64,000 nucleotides of DNA from Anaerolineales bacterium (GTDB lineage Bacteria; Chloroflexota; Anaerolineae; Anaerolineales; UBA11579). Position numbers and translations under genes: made by a program. The notes under the pieces were generated by a model. That model was given only the letters and a program-made list of their open reading frames with translations. It had not been told where the DNA came from and did not search any database. The number at the start of each line of letters is the position of its first letter. The first letter of the stretch is position 1. Where the stretch lies: contig DAOMSJ010000003.1 of assembly GCA_035446285.1 (NCBI GenBank), positions 164,929-228,928 on the forward strand. Direction: 5' to 3'. Shown piece after piece: positions 9,269-19,075 of the stretch.

Positions 9269-10053
9269 GCACCTAGTGTAATCAATGCACCGAAGCGCCC
9301 GGTGCGCCCGCCCGAACCGCGGTGCGAGAACCAATCAGCCATGTTGCTGGCCGTGCACAGGTTGGCGGTCTCTATCTGCTGTAGTCCCACCTGCTCCAGC
9401 ACGCGCTGATTGGCCAGTTGCAGATCAAAGTGTGTAGCTTCGCCATAGCTGGGCAGCAGCTCGGCCGCCTGAGTGCCAAAGACGGTTTGCACCTCAGCCA
9501 CAACCTCTAGCCCTACCGGATACTTAGCCACGGAGATGCACGGGCCAATGGCGGCGATGAGGTCTTGCGGGCGGCTGCCGTAATGTTGCGACAGGGCCGC
9601 GGCGGCAGCCTCGCCTACACGTGCCACGGTGCCGCGCCACCCGGCATGCGCCAGCGCCACGGCTTTGCGCTGCGGGTCAAACAACAGGATGGGCACGCAA
9701 TCGGCGTAGCGCATGAACAGCGTGACCTGAGGCTGATTGGTGATGATGATGTCTGCTTTGGGTGGGCGCACCCAATCCGATGGGCGCGGGGCGCGGGCTA
9801 CCTGCACATCACGCCCGTGCACCAGCCAACTGTCAAACATACTCTCGCGCCTGCGGCCCAGGGCCTCAAAGGCACGCTGCAGGTTCTGGCGCACATGGGG
9901 CAATTCATCACCCACGGTGCTGCCCACATTGAGCGAATCGTACGGTGCGCTACTTACCCCACCCTGGCGGGTGAAAACAGCATGCCTGACCCCCGCGGCA
10001 GCCAGTTGCTCAAATGTGAAATAGCGAATATCGCCAGACTGCTGAAAGGGCAT
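9265..10053 (-). CDS. pgeF: Peptidoglycan editing factor PgeF (YfiH/DUF152 laccase-domain protein)
   Basis: HAGWRGTVA motif and YADCVPILL. The start at the ATG at 10053 (MPFQQSGDIRYFTF) is preferred. The upstream 84 aa of track ORF 9265-10305 overlap the next gene. Confidence 0.8.
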   Translation of the reverse strand: MPFQQSGDIRYFTFEQLAAAGVRHAVFTRQGGVSSAPYDSLNVGSTVGDELPHVRQNLQRAFEALGRRRESMFDSWLVHGRDVQVARAPRPSDWVRPPKADIIITNQPQVTLFMRYADCVPILLFDPQRKAVALAHAGWRGTVARVGEAAAAALSQHYGSRPQDLIAAIGPCISVAKYPVGLEVVAEVQTVFGTQAAELLPSYGEATHFDLQLANQRVLEQVGLQQIETANLCTASNMADWFSHRGSGGRTGRFGALITLGA

Positions 10054-10058
10054 CAGGA

Positions 10059-11036
10059 TTATTTGCTGCCCTTGAGGCGCGCCGCCTTGGAGGCCACCTG
10101 CACGCGCACATCCTGAAAGGATTCTTCCAAGAGCGGGATACCAAACCAGGCGGTGGTGAAGCCAAAGATGGCGCCGGTGAGGGTGCGTAACAGCGGCGTG
10201 CTCTCGCGGTATTCCCAGAAGGGCCAGTTGGGTATCTGGCTGAGCAGCTGGCTGAACCCATCCAGGCCGATGGGCGCCATGCCAATGGCGATCCACAGCA
10301 TCCAATGCAGCGGCCGGATGCGCCGTCCCGTGGCGGCGTAGAGCAGGCCAAACGCAAGAATAGCGCCGTAGATAGCGACATCACGCTGGCAGAAGGCCAC
10401 CTTGTAGCCCACCTGCTCATTGCCGATAAAGCCACGCGCCGCCAGCATGTCTGCCCCGTTCAAGCCCGTGGCAGCCTCGTAGCTGGCATATTCATCTATC
10501 CCAGCTGCTTCACGCGGGTAGACCGGCTGCTCGCCAAACAGAAACCACGAACGGAAAGCCATCTGGTGGCACACCGCGCCATAGGTAGAGTAGATTGGCC
10601 GCGCCAACGCGGGATAGCCGGCGTTCATCAGCACCGGGGCGAGAAAAGGCAAGCCAACGTATAAAAAGATCAACAGGTTAAGCAGCGCGAGGTAATGCTT
10701 GCCAAAGAATTGTGCCAGTTTGTCAGAGCGGTTGATTTGCGCGCTGCGCGCTTTGCGTTTGTCATACTTGGGGTCCCCTTCAATCTGCTGGGCGCGGTCT
10801 CGGGCTGCAGCCATGGTCATCTCCAGTTTCTGGCGGTCAAACGGGGCTTCCAGCACATACGGGCCCACCTGGGCTACCGGCACGCGTGTGCCATAGGCCG
10901 CCTGTAGATCCTCATCCTCTCCAATATTCACCAGAGCAAGATTGTGCGGGATTTTGGCCTGAAGAGACTGCAAATCCTGCTTGGCTGTCTCACACAGCGA
11001 GCAATTGTCTTTGGTGTAAAGCGTGACAGTGATCAT
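10059..11036 (-). CDS. Fusion of a glutaredoxin-like thioredoxin-fold domain and a DUF2085 membrane domain
   Basis: The N-terminus [22 protein letters not shown] carries a CxxC on a Grx-like fold. The C-terminal half has the DUF2085 signatures CHQMAFRSWF and CQRDVAIYG plus TM segments. ATGA overlap with the upstream tlpA-like gene. Confidence 0.6.
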   Translation of the reverse strand: MITVTLYTKDNCSLCETAKQDLQSLQAKIPHNLALVNIGEDEDLQAAYGTRVPVAQVGPYVLEAPFDRQKLEMTMAAARDRAQQIEGDPKYDKRKARSAQINRSDKLAQFFGKHYLALLNLLIFLYVGLPFLAPVLMNAGYPALARPIYSTYGAVCHQMAFRSWFLFGEQPVYPREAAGIDEYASYEAATGLNGADMLAARGFIGNEQVGYKVAFCQRDVAIYGAILAFGLLYAATGRRIRPLHWMLWIAIGMAPIGLDGFSQLLSQIPNWPFWEYRESTPLLRTLTGAIFGFTTAWFGIPLLEESFQDVRVQVASKAARLKGSK

Positions 11037-11521
11037 TGGCTGGAATCCATTTGACGCAAATAGGTGTCGATATCGGCAGCACTGAGCTCACCGATGTGGA
11101 AGAAACGAATGATGCCTTGGGCATCAATAAAAAACGTACTCGGGTAGCCGCGCACACGATAGAGCTCTTGCACGCTGCCATCACTATCCAGCAGCACGGG
11201 CAGATCCACCCCGATCTCATCGAGAAAGCCCTGCACCTGCTGGCGAGATTCGGCAAAATCCACCGCTAAAACCGCAAAGCCGCCCTGATTATAGCGTGCC
11301 TGGATGGTGGGCATCTCCTGACGGCACGGGCCACACCAGGTGGCCCAAAAGTTGAGCAGCACGGGCTGGCCGCGCAGTTCGCTCAGGCGCACAGGCTCGC
11401 CTTGCAGATTGTTGAGCACAAAGTCCGGCGCGGGCGAACCCACCACGGGCTCCGCCGCGTTCAGCATCGAGCACGCGCTGAGCCAGGTAGCGCACAGCGC
11501 CAGCGCAAACCATCTCACCAA
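11033..11521 (-). CDS. TlpA/ResA-like thiol:disulfide oxidoreductase lipoprotein
   Basis: [15 protein letters not shown] active site. The lipobox-like signal is [10 protein letters not shown]. Confidence 0.8.
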   Translation of the reverse strand: MVRWFALALCATWLSACSMLNAAEPVVGSPAPDFVLNNLQGEPVRLSELRGQPVLLNFWATWCGPCRQEMPTIQARYNQGGFAVLAVDFAESRQQVQGFLDEIGVDLPVLLDSDGSVQELYRVRGYPSTFFIDAQGIIRFFHIGELSAADIDTYLRQMDSSQ

Positions 11522-12411
11522 CGCAGCACCCCCACCGCATAGAGGAGCACAACGCCCAGTAGCACAATGCCGCTACCAATGAACCACCATTCGCCAAAGC
11601 GCTTGCCGCGCTGGCGCGCCCACAGCCCCACGCCCGCCCCCAGCAGTAAGCTGACCAGGCTGGCCACAAGCATATGCAAACCCACGCGCCCCTCCTCAAC
11701 CAAGTCAAAGAAGAAGCCCAGGCTGGCGAGGGTCTGGAAGCGCCCACTAAGCAACAGAATGCCGAGCGCGATCAGCAGCACGCCAGTAATGCGCTCCACA
11801 TAGTGGCTGAGGTTGGCATAACGCCGCACCATGCCAGTGATCCAGGCCACCTGGGTGGCGGCAATCAGAAACGGGATTGCCAGCCCGGCCGAATACGCAC
11901 CGAGCAATATCGCCCCCTGGCTGAGCTCAGCGCTGTTGAAGGCCAGCGTGAGGATGGAGCCGAGCACCGGGCCTACACAAGGCACCCAGCCTGCCGAGAA
12001 GAACACACCCATCATGGCGGAGGACAGATAGCCGCGCTGTGCCTGCACGCCCGACTGCATACGCAGCTCATAATCCAACCAGCGAATGCGGTAGATGCCG
12101 CTGAGATGCAAGCCAAACAGAATGACGACGATGCCGCCGATCTGCGAGAGCAAACGTGAGAAGGTGAACAGGAACTGGCCTAGCGCGGCCGAGAACAAGC
12201 CCAGCAGAATAAAGATGAGGCTGAAGCCCAGCACGAAGGCCAGGCCGTGCAGAAAGCTTTGCCAGGTGCGCGTGTCGCCCTTGGCTTGGCTGGCTGCGGT
12301 GCGCCCGCTGAGATAGCCAACGTACACGGGCACCAACGCAAATACGCAGGGAGACAGGAAGGAGGCCAACCCAGCCAGGAAGGCTAACCACACGCTGGGC
12401 ACTGGAATCAT
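11515..12411 (-). CDS. ccdA: Cytochrome c biogenesis / thiol-reductant transfer membrane protein CcdA (DsbD family)
   Basis: Polytopic, with the two conserved Cys regions ([11 protein letters not shown] and [11 protein letters not shown]). Confidence 0.8.
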   Translation of the reverse strand: MIPVPSVWLAFLAGLASFLSPCVFALVPVYVGYLSGRTAASQAKGDTRTWQSFLHGLAFVLGFSLIFILLGLFSAALGQFLFTFSRLLSQIGGIVVILFGLHLSGIYRIRWLDYELRMQSGVQAQRGYLSSAMMGVFFSAGWVPCVGPVLGSILTLAFNSAELSQGAILLGAYSAGLAIPFLIAATQVAWITGMVRRYANLSHYVERITGVLLIALGILLLSGRFQTLASLGFFFDLVEEGRVGLHMLVASLVSLLLGAGVGLWARQRGKRFGEWWFIGSGIVLLGVVLLYAVGVLRW

Positions 12412-12420
12412 GCTGTAGAC

Positions 12421-13545
12421 CTATGCTTGAACTACGCGCACACCGGTGCCGGCGACCTGGTCGATCCTGCCGGGGAAGTAATCCACCTGGGGCGAAGTCC
12501 AACGGAAGATGAACTTGGCATCCTCTTGCGTGGCGTTGATGCAGCCCGCCGAGGTGCGCTCTCCGAAATTGTTATGCCAGTAGCAGGTGTGCACGGCAAT
12601 GCCACCCGTGGCAAAGAAAGTGCACCAACCGATGCCCGCCAGGTCATAGCCAGCGCCAGAGGTGCCGCCAGTCATGGTGGTGGAGATGTACTTCATGAAC
12701 ACACGCAGATAATCGCTGACCGGGGTTAGGCCGACGCCGTCTTCGCCATCACGCCCCGTCGAGACGCGTGAGAAATACACCTCACGCCCGTCTTCGTAGC
12801 ACGACATGGTCTGGCGGGCAATGTTGATCACCAGCTCTTTGTTCTCCACATCAGGAGAAATGGGTGCAATGTCATCTGGATAGATGGGCCTGAAAGCATG
12901 CGCCGGCGCCCAGAAGCGGTCCCCCAGGCTGCCGTAGAGATCAAAGACGTGATACTCGGTTTCGCCAGCCGCATTGGTGCGAATTTCATCCACCCACATC
13001 ACCTGGCCGTAATACAAGCGAATGGGCCAGTTGCTTTCCACCAGGAAACGGATACGGTGGCCGTAGGGCGCGTTGGCGTTAACCAGTTGCACCTCAACAT
13101 ACGGTTGGGTCACTTCCATCCACATGCCAGGGCCGCCGCCAAAATCCGGCAGCGAGGCTAGCGGCTCATTGATAATATTCTTGACGGGCTGCAGGAACGG
13201 CGCCCACACATAGCCTTGCGGGATTTCGATCCAGCGTTGGTTGCGCAGGCCGGAGGCGCTGCCCACCACTTCGCGAATCCAAGGCACTACCGTATCGCCC
13301 ATCAGCTGGCCCACTTCGGGCGCCTCGCGGTTAGGCGCCGAGCGCACATACACGAAGCGGTCGAGCTCCTCTACCACGCGGCCCAAGCGGTCGGCCTGCG
13401 GGAAGGGCTCTTGCAGCAGATAGCGCGGATTGACCTTCATCGCCGGGTTGAAGCTCGCTGGCAGCAGGGCGGCTGCGCCGAGGGCGACGCCGCCCAACTT
13501 CAAGAATTCTCGTCTGTTCAGGTGCGAATTGCCATACATAAACAT
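12421..13545 (-). CDS. L,D-transpeptidase (YkuD domain) with a twin-arginine signal
   Basis: NRREFLKLGGVALGAAALLP is a Tat motif. The C-terminal HTCYWHNNFGERTSAGCIN fits the H...SxGC catalytic motif. The start may be the third codon (ATG at 13539), which sits 7 nt after a TAAAAT. Confidence 0.75.
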   Translation of the reverse strand: MFMYGNSHLNRREFLKLGGVALGAAALLPASFNPAMKVNPRYLLQEPFPQADRLGRVVEELDRFVYVRSAPNREAPEVGQLMGDTVVPWIREVVGSASGLRNQRWIEIPQGYVWAPFLQPVKNIINEPLASLPDFGGGPGMWMEVTQPYVEVQLVNANAPYGHRIRFLVESNWPIRLYYGQVMWVDEIRTNAAGETEYHVFDLYGSLGDRFWAPAHAFRPIYPDDIAPISPDVENKELVINIARQTMSCYEDGREVYFSRVSTGRDGEDGVGLTPVSDYLRVFMKYISTTMTGGTSGAGYDLAGIGWCTFFATGGIAVHTCYWHNNFGERTSAGCINATQEDAKFIFRWTSPQVDYFPGRIDQVAGTGVRVVQA

Positions 13546-13586
13546 AATTTTATCTCAGGCGCATGAAATCAAAATGAGCCAAACCT

Positions 13587-13619
13587 AAAGCCGCGGCGTG
13601 ATTCACGCCGCGGCTTTTT
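13587..13619. terminator. Intrinsic terminator downstream of copA
   Basis: Stem aaagccgcggcg / cgccgcggcttt with a 7-nt loop and a flanking T-run. Confidence 0.7.
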
Positions 13620-13624
13620 GAGTA

Positions 13625-16060
13625 CTAGACCTTGAGCGGCAGCTTGCGCAGGCGCAGACTGTTGCCGATCACGAAGATGTCGCTTAACGCCATGGCGCCT
13701 GCCGCCAGGATCGGGCTGAGGAAGCCCAGTGCTGCCGCCGGAATGAGCAGAATGTTATAAATGAAGGCCCAAAACAGGTTCTGCTTGATGGTGCGCAACG
13801 TGCGCTTGGCAAGTGAGATCGCCTTGGGCACACCGCGCAGATCGCCCGTCATCAGCACCACAGGCGCCGTAGCCATAGCTACATCCGTACCCGTGCCAAT
13901 GGCGATGCCCAGATCAGCTTGGACCAGCGCGGGCGCATCATTGATGCCATCACCCACCATAGCCACTTTGTGGCCAGCCGCCTGCAGCTTGCTGACCTCG
14001 GCCACCTTTTGTTCGGGCAGCACCTCGGCCAGCACATAGTCCAGGCCGAGTTGGCGGCCCACTGCTTCGGCGACGCCGCGCGCATCCCCGGTGATCATGC
14101 CCACTTTGAGGCCCATCTTGTGCAGGCTCTCGATGACTTCATCGGCGTGGTCCTTGAGCGTATCAGCCACACCAAAAACACCAGCCAGCGTGCCATTCAC
14201 CGCAGCAAAGATGGCCGTTTTGCCATCGGCGTGCAGTTGCTCACCAGCGTTGCTGAGGTTGCCCAGGGTTATGTTGTGCTCGTTCATCAGGCGCAAGTTA
14301 CCGATCAGCACCTGCTGGCCGTCCACCTCAGCGGATACGCCGCGGCCGGTCAGCGCTTCAAACTGGCTCGGCGTAACCAAGGCCAGCTCGCGCTCGGTGG
14401 CAGCGGCCACGATGGCCTCGCCCAGCGGATGCTCGCTGGCGTGCTCCACGCTGGCCGCCAGGCGCAGCAACTCGGCTTCGCCAGCCGAGCCGCTGAAGGC
14501 GGCCACCTCGCCCAGCAAGATATCGGTCACGGCGGGCTGGCCGCGGGTCAGCGTGCCGGTCTTATCCAGCAGCACCACTGAGATGTCAGATGCCTGCTCC
14601 AGCGCTTCACCCGATTTAATGAGCACGCCCATCTCAGCACCGCGCCCGCTGCCTACCATTACGGCAGTGGGCGTGGCAAGGCCCATGGCACACGGGCAGG
14701 CGATGAGCAGCACCGCCGCGGTGTTGATGAGTGCACGCGTCAGCGTGGCATCCGGCGCGCTGGCCGGGAAGAAGAAGTACCAGGCGCTAAAAGTGATGGC
14801 AGCGATCACGATCACAGCGGGTACAAAAATTTCGGAAATACGGTCACCCAGCTTTTGGATCGGCGGGCGGCTGCTCTGGGCGTCTTCCACCAGGCGCACG
14901 ATCTGCGCCAGGGCGGTCTCTTTGCCCACCTTGGTGGCCTCGAAGACGATACGCCCCTGCTTGTTGAGCGTAGCGCCGATGACTTCGTCACCTACGCTCT
15001 TGCTCACTGGCAGCGACTCGCCACTGATCATCGATTCATCGGCTGAGCTGTGGCCTTCGATCACACGGCCATCGGCGGGGAACTTTTCGCCGGGGCGCAC
15101 CACTACGTGATCGCCCACCTGCACATCGGCGCTGGGAATTTCAACTTCCTGCCCAGCACGCAGCACACGCGCCTGCTTGGGCTGCAAGCCCACCAGTTTG
15201 CGAATGGCGTCACCGGTGCGCCCGCGCGCATTCACCTCAAGATACTTGCCTACGCGAATGAGGGTGATGATGGTGGCCGAAGTCTCGAAGTAGCCGTGCC
15301 CGCTAAAGAAGCCGAACAAAATCGCCACCGAATAGAAATACGCCACCGAGGAGCCCAGCGCCACCAACACATCCATGTTGGCGCTGCCATTGCGCAGCGA
15401 TTTGAGGCCGTTGACGTAGTAACTCCAGCCGGCGATGAACTGTACGGGCGTGGCGAGAGCGAAGAACAACCAATCCACCCAGGCGGCATGCGCCAACTGG
15501 CCGAACAAACCAAAATCGCGCCCCATCGAGAGGATGAAGAGCGGCAAGGTGAACAGCACGCTGAACCACATCAGGCGGCGCTGCTTCTGGATCTCGCTGC
15601 GGCGCACGCCGGCTTCCACATCTTCGCCTGCGGCGGTGGCCGAGAGCGTGAAACCGGCCACCTTGGCGGCGGCGCGCAAGTCGCTCTCGCTCACGATGGT
15701 GGGCACGTATTCAATACGCGCCTCGCCGCTTACCGGGTTGACCTTGGCCTGCAGCACGCCGTCCAGGCCGCTCCACGCGGCCTGGAGACGGCGTGCATCT
15801 GCCGGGTCACTCAGGTTCTGCACCTGCAAATACGCCTCGCCGCTGGCTACGTCGTAGCCAGCTTTGCGAATGCGCGCCAGCATGCCGTCCAGGGTGGCCT
15901 GCGCCGGGTCAAATTCCACTGCAGCGCGCTCACTGGAAAGGTTGACGCTGGCGTGTGTGATGCCCGGCACCTTCTTCAGATTGCGCTCCACTGTGGAGAC
16001 ACAGTTGGCACAGGTCATCCCCAAAATGGGCAGGTTGTATTGCTTGCTGGCTTCAGACAT
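13625..16060 (-). CDS. copA: Copper-translocating P1B-type ATPase
   Basis: GMTCANCV metal-binding domain, CPC in a TM helix ([11 protein letters not shown]), [16 protein letters not shown] second HMA-like segment (aa ~75-140) has no cysteines. Confidence 0.95.
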   Translation of the reverse strand: MSEASKQYNLPILGMTCANCVSTVERNLKKVPGITHASVNLSSERAAVEFDPAQATLDGMLARIRKAGYDVASGEAYLQVQNLSDPADARRLQAAWSGLDGVLQAKVNPVSGEARIEYVPTIVSESDLRAAAKVAGFTLSATAAGEDVEAGVRRSEIQKQRRLMWFSVLFTLPLFILSMGRDFGLFGQLAHAAWVDWLFFALATPVQFIAGWSYYVNGLKSLRNGSANMDVLVALGSSVAYFYSVAILFGFFSGHGYFETSATIITLIRVGKYLEVNARGRTGDAIRKLVGLQPKQARVLRAGQEVEIPSADVQVGDHVVVRPGEKFPADGRVIEGHSSADESMISGESLPVSKSVGDEVIGATLNKQGRIVFEATKVGKETALAQIVRLVEDAQSSRPPIQKLGDRISEIFVPAVIVIAAITFSAWYFFFPASAPDATLTRALINTAAVLLIACPCAMGLATPTAVMVGSGRGAEMGVLIKSGEALEQASDISVVLLDKTGTLTRGQPAVTDILLGEVAAFSGSAGEAELLRLAASVEHASEHPLGEAIVAAATERELALVTPSQFEALTGRGVSAEVDGQQVLIGNLRLMNEHNITLGNLSNAGEQLHADGKTAIFAAVNGTLAGVFGVADTLKDHADEVIESLHKMGLKVGMITGDARGVAEAVGRQLGLDYVLAEVLPEQKVAEVSKLQAAGHKVAMVGDGINDAPALVQADLGIAIGTGTDVAMATAPVVLMTGDLRGVPKAISLAKRTLRTIKQNLFWAFIYNILLIPAAALGFLSPILAAGAMALSDIFVIGNSLRLRKLPLKV

Positions 16061-16084
16061 GAGTGACTTCTTTCTAAGGCTGAA

Positions 16085-16288
16085 CTACTCAGCCGGGTAG
16101 TTGATCTCCGTCAGCAACGCCTTGACGGAATCCTCGGTGGCGGGCTCAGAGAAACGCACCATCACCTTGCGGTCTTCGAGACTGGCTTTGACGGCTTCCA
16201 CACCGGGCAGCTCAGCCAACTCAGTCTCGATGGTCTGCGTGCAATGGCCGCAGTGAATCTTGGGAACGCTATAGACAACCATGTTCAT
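16085..16288 (-). CDS. copZ: Copper chaperone (HMA domain)
   Basis: 67 aa with a CGHCTQTIE metal-binding motif, directly upstream of copA. Confidence 0.85.
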   Translation of the reverse strand: MNMVVYSVPKIHCGHCTQTIETELAELPGVEAVKASLEDRKVMVRFSEPATEDSVKALLTEINYPAE

Positions 16289-16306
16289 AGAAATCTCCTT
16301 TGGTCC

Positions 16307-16576
16307 TTAGACCTTCATCGCTGCTTGATACACTTCGGCAATTTCTGCCAGAACGCGCTCGCGCTCTTCGGCATCTTCACCGCGTACAGCCGTGATCACA
16401 CAGGAGTGCATATGCTCCTCCAGCACCATCTGGCTCACCTTATTGAGCGCCGACTGGGTAGCTTGGATCTGGCGGATGATGTCGATGCAGTACACCCCCT
16501 CATCCACCATGCGTTCAATGCCACGCACATGGCCTTCAATGGTTTTGAGCCGCTTGCTCACTCGCTCTTGGTTCAT
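16307..16576 (-). CDS. csoR: CsoR-family copper-sensing transcriptional repressor
   Basis: 89 aa, DUF156 pattern (RLKTIEGHVRGIERM). The C-H-C ligand set is CIDI...HMHSC. Confidence 0.9.
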   Translation of the reverse strand: MNQERVSKRLKTIEGHVRGIERMVDEGVYCIDIIRQIQATQSALNKVSQMVLEEHMHSCVITAVRGEDAEERERVLAEIAEVYQAAMKV

Positions 16577-16592
16577 AGCATGCCTCCTGCTG

Positions 16593-16617
16593 CCCCACCC
16601 CCTATGGGGGGGGGGTG
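16593..16617 (-). promoter_or_regulatory. Candidate CsoR operator (C-tract / G-tract pseudo-palindrome) between a -10-like element and the csoR SD
   Basis: The plus strand reads ccccaccccctatggggggggggtg, with arms CACCCCC / GGGGGTG and a 10-G run. CsoR operators are known to be GC-tract pseudo-palindromes. The site lies about 20 nt upstream of the AGGAGG of csoR. Confidence 0.4.
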
Positions 16618-16668
16618 TTTGGATAGTGTAGCCCCGTTTCTGGCAAATGACAAGGGTTGAGTATTGCT

Positions 16669-17271
16669 TTAGCTAGTGGGGCTTAACAACTGGTTGAGCG
16701 CCTCAAGAGTTTGCTCGCGGCTCCTAAAATGCACAGCCTGCATACCCACCTGGCGCGCGCCGGCAATATTCTGCTCGAAATCATCCACAAAGACGGCTTC
16801 CCCCGGCTGCACACCGAGGCGCTCGGCGGCCAGCAGATAGATGGCCGGGTGCGGCTTCATCACCCCAACTTCTCCCGAGATGACCAGCTCGTCAAAGGCA
16901 TCCGCAATGGGATACTCCGTCTGCAGCGCCTCGCGCAGATTATTCATGGCGTTGCTAAGCAGGCCCACCTTGTATTGAGGGCGCAGGCCGCGGATATAGG
17001 CCATCAGCGCGTGATCCAAATGGTCATCCCCAAAGAACGAGCTGTTCAGCTCAGCCACGCTGATGCCAAGGTCAGCGGCCACTTCCTGCAGATAAGCCGC
17101 CCCATCCACCGCGCCGGTCTGTGCCTGACGGCGGTTGTCTGCGTCGAAGATACGCGCCTCCAAGGCGGCGCGGCTCAGCTCCACGCGTTGGGCCAATGCG
17201 TCACGCCCGTTGTTTGCATCGGTGCGCACCAGCACACCGCCAAAATCCCAAATGATGGCTTTGATATTCAT
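16669..17271 (-). CDS. HAD-superfamily hydrolase (subfamily IA-like)
   Basis: IIWDFGGVL (motif I), LLSNA (motif II), VFVDDFEQNI (motif IV). Confidence 0.8.
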   Translation of the reverse strand: MNIKAIIWDFGGVLVRTDANNGRDALAQRVELSRAALEARIFDADNRRQAQTGAVDGAAYLQEVAADLGISVAELNSSFFGDDHLDHALMAYIRGLRPQYKVGLLSNAMNNLREALQTEYPIADAFDELVISGEVGVMKPHPAIYLLAAERLGVQPGEAVFVDDFEQNIAGARQVGMQAVHFRSREQTLEALNQLLSPTS

Positions 17272-17303
17272 GCGAGTATTGTACGCGGGTTAGCAGGCAA
17301 ACA

Positions 17304-17326
17304 AAAAGCCCGCGTAGCGGGCTTTT
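17304..17326. terminator. Intrinsic terminator
   Basis: aaaaagcccgc gta gcgggcttttt: a perfect stem flanked by A and T runs. Confidence 0.7.
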
Positions 17327-17333
17327 TGTTGAT

Positions 17334-17882
17334 TTACGGAGTCAGCGCCTCTACCAGCGCACTTTGCAACTCAGGGCCATCAATGTAGCCACGCCACTGC
17401 GCCAACACGGCGCCGTTGGGGTCGATCAGGAAGAAGTGTGGCTGGTAGGTGTAGCCAAGCTGTTCCTGAATTGGCAGAGTCTGGGGATCGTCACGGTCCA
17501 GATACACAAAGTTGACCTGATCGCCATACATGCTCTCTAAGCCATGCACGGTGGGCGCCACTGCCTTGCACACCGCGCACCAGTAGGCAAAGAACTCCAC
17601 CAGCTGCACGCGGCCTGAGGCCAGCACAAACTCCTGCGGCTGGCTGGCATGAAACTCTGGGCTACCCAGGCGGATCGCAGGTAGCCCAGCAGTTTCGACC
17701 GCCTGACTCATGGCCTGCTCAGGCGCCATGCGCGTGCCCGCTTCAAGTTGAATCTCGCCATCGGGCAAGATAGGCGCCTGGCCGCTGCAGGCGGCTAAGG
17801 GAAGACTCACGAGTAGTAAGCCCGCCAGCAGCAGTGTACGGCCAAAAGGTGAAACAGCGAAAGAAGACTGCATTTGCGACAT
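17334..17882 (-). CDS. Thioredoxin-like (TlpA-like) lipoprotein
   Basis: FFAYWCAVCK CxxC motif. Signal with lipobox LPLAAC. The start at the ATG at 17882 (MSQMQSSF) is preferred over the track start. Confidence 0.7.
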   Translation of the reverse strand: MSQMQSSFAVSPFGRTLLLAGLLLVSLPLAACSGQAPILPDGEIQLEAGTRMAPEQAMSQAVETAGLPAIRLGSPEFHASQPQEFVLASGRVQLVEFFAYWCAVCKAVAPTVHGLESMYGDQVNFVYLDRDDPQTLPIQEQLGYTYQPHFFLIDPNGAVLAQWRGYIDGPELQSALVEALTP

Positions 17883-17993
17883 CACGCATATAGTAACCCC
17901 TTGGTTATGGCATCTGTGCGCATTCAAACCCTGCTCTAACTGAAATCTAATCCACCTTAAAGATGCTTGTTCGCTTCACGATAGAATTAGCGC

Positions 17994-18716
17994 ATGACGC
18001 TGGAAGGAAAAAACATCCTCGTTACTGGCGGCGCCGTGCGCGTGGGTGCAGCCTTGGTGCGCGCTATCGCAGCAGCACAGGGTACTGCGCTCATTCACTA
18101 CAACGGTTCCACCGCCCAGGCTGCCGCCTTGAAGGCCGAGCTGGAAAGCCAGGGGGCCACCGCGCACCTGCTGCCAGCTGACCTCAGCCATCCGCAACAA
18201 GTGAGTGAGCTCATGGTGCAGGCACGCCAATACGGGCCGCTGTACGCCCTGGTCAACAATGCCGCGATCTTCGAGAATATTGAGCTGGATAGCACCAAGT
18301 TGAGTGACTGGCAGCGCCACCTGGATATCAATCTCACCGCGCCCTTCCTGCTCAGCCAGGCCTTCTGGCGCGCCGCCGGCGATGCGCCCGGCCGCATCGT
18401 CAACATCCTCGATTGGCGCGCCATGCGCCCTGGGCCAGACCATCTTCCCTACACCGTCAGCAAAGTAGCCTTGGCCGGGCTGACGCGCTCATTGGCGGCC
18501 GCCATGGCGCCCACCATCAGCGTGAACGGCATCGCCCTCGGCGCCATTCTGCCGCCCAGCCGCGGCGCAGCCAAGCAAGACATCCTGAACCACATCCCGG
18601 CGCAGCGCTGGGCCGAGCTCGACGAGGTGGGCCAGACCCTGCTCTTCCTGCTCAACGGGCCGAGCTACATCACCGGAGAGATCATTCACCTGGACGGAGG
18701 ACGCCACCTGGTATAG
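17994..18716 (+). CDS. Short-chain dehydrogenase/reductase, possibly a pteridine or dihydrofolate reductase (FolM-like) given the operon context
   Basis: ILVTGGAVRVGAAL (TGxxxxxG) and YTVSKVAL (YxxxK). Immediately followed by folB-folK. The ATG lies 6 nt after a TAGAAT. Confidence 0.75.
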   Translation: MTLEGKNILVTGGAVRVGAALVRAIAAAQGTALIHYNGSTAQAAALKAELESQGATAHLLPADLSHPQQVSELMVQARQYGPLYALVNNAAIFENIELDSTKLSDWQRHLDINLTAPFLLSQAFWRAAGDAPGRIVNILDWRAMRPGPDHLPYTVSKVALAGLTRSLAAAMAPTISVNGIALGAILPPSRGAAKQDILNHIPAQRWAELDEVGQTLLFLLNGPSYITGEIIHLDGGRHLV

Positions 18717-18718
18717 CT

Positions 18719-19075
18719 ATGGATAAGCTCATCATTAAAGACCTGCTGGTACGCGGCATCATCGGCATCAATGACTGGGAGCGCACGACCCCCCAGGACA
18801 TCCTCATTAATATTGAGATCAAGGCTGATTTAAAACAGGCCGGCCAGACCGATGACCTGAACCACAGCGTCAACTACCGCAGCGTGGCCAAGCAGGTCAT
18901 CGCCCATGCCCAGAGCGCAGAGCGCCTTACGGTAGAAGCGTTGGCCGAGGATATTGCCAAGATTTGCCTGGCGCACCCTGGCGCCAAAGCTGCCAAGGTG
19001 CGTGTGGAAAAACCCGGCGCGGTGCGTTTTGCCGCCTCGGTGGGTGTTGAGATCAAGCGCGAAGCAGGTGACTGA
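18719..19075 (+). CDS. folB: Dihydroneopterin aldolase
   Basis: 118 aa: MDKLIIKDLLVRGIIGINDWERTTPQDILINIEI...VRVEKPGAVRFA. It is the downstream part of track ORF 18413-19075, whose N-terminal part overlaps the SDR gene. Confidence 0.85.
   Translation: MDKLIIKDLLVRGIIGINDWERTTPQDILINIEIKADLKQAGQTDDLNHSVNYRSVAKQVIAHAQSAERLTVEALAEDIAKICLAHPGAKAAKVRVEKPGAVRFAASVGVEIKREAGD

Noticed and set aside
10054-10305. 84-aa extension of pgeF; similar upstream extensions of yggS (9269-9334), folB (18413-18718), hpf (21037-21114) and the COG1579 gene (7054-7257)
   Set aside because: The extensions overlap neighbouring genes and lack homology-like sequence. Internal starts give canonical N-termini, SDs or stop/start overlaps.
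14091-16066. Two ~339-aa plus-strand ORFs
   Set aside because: Both are antisense to copA and are shadow ORFs. The same reasoning applies to 31581-32315, 34827-35660, 37245-37955, 54267-55103, 59464-60213 and 61756-62445, which lie opposite well-supported genes.
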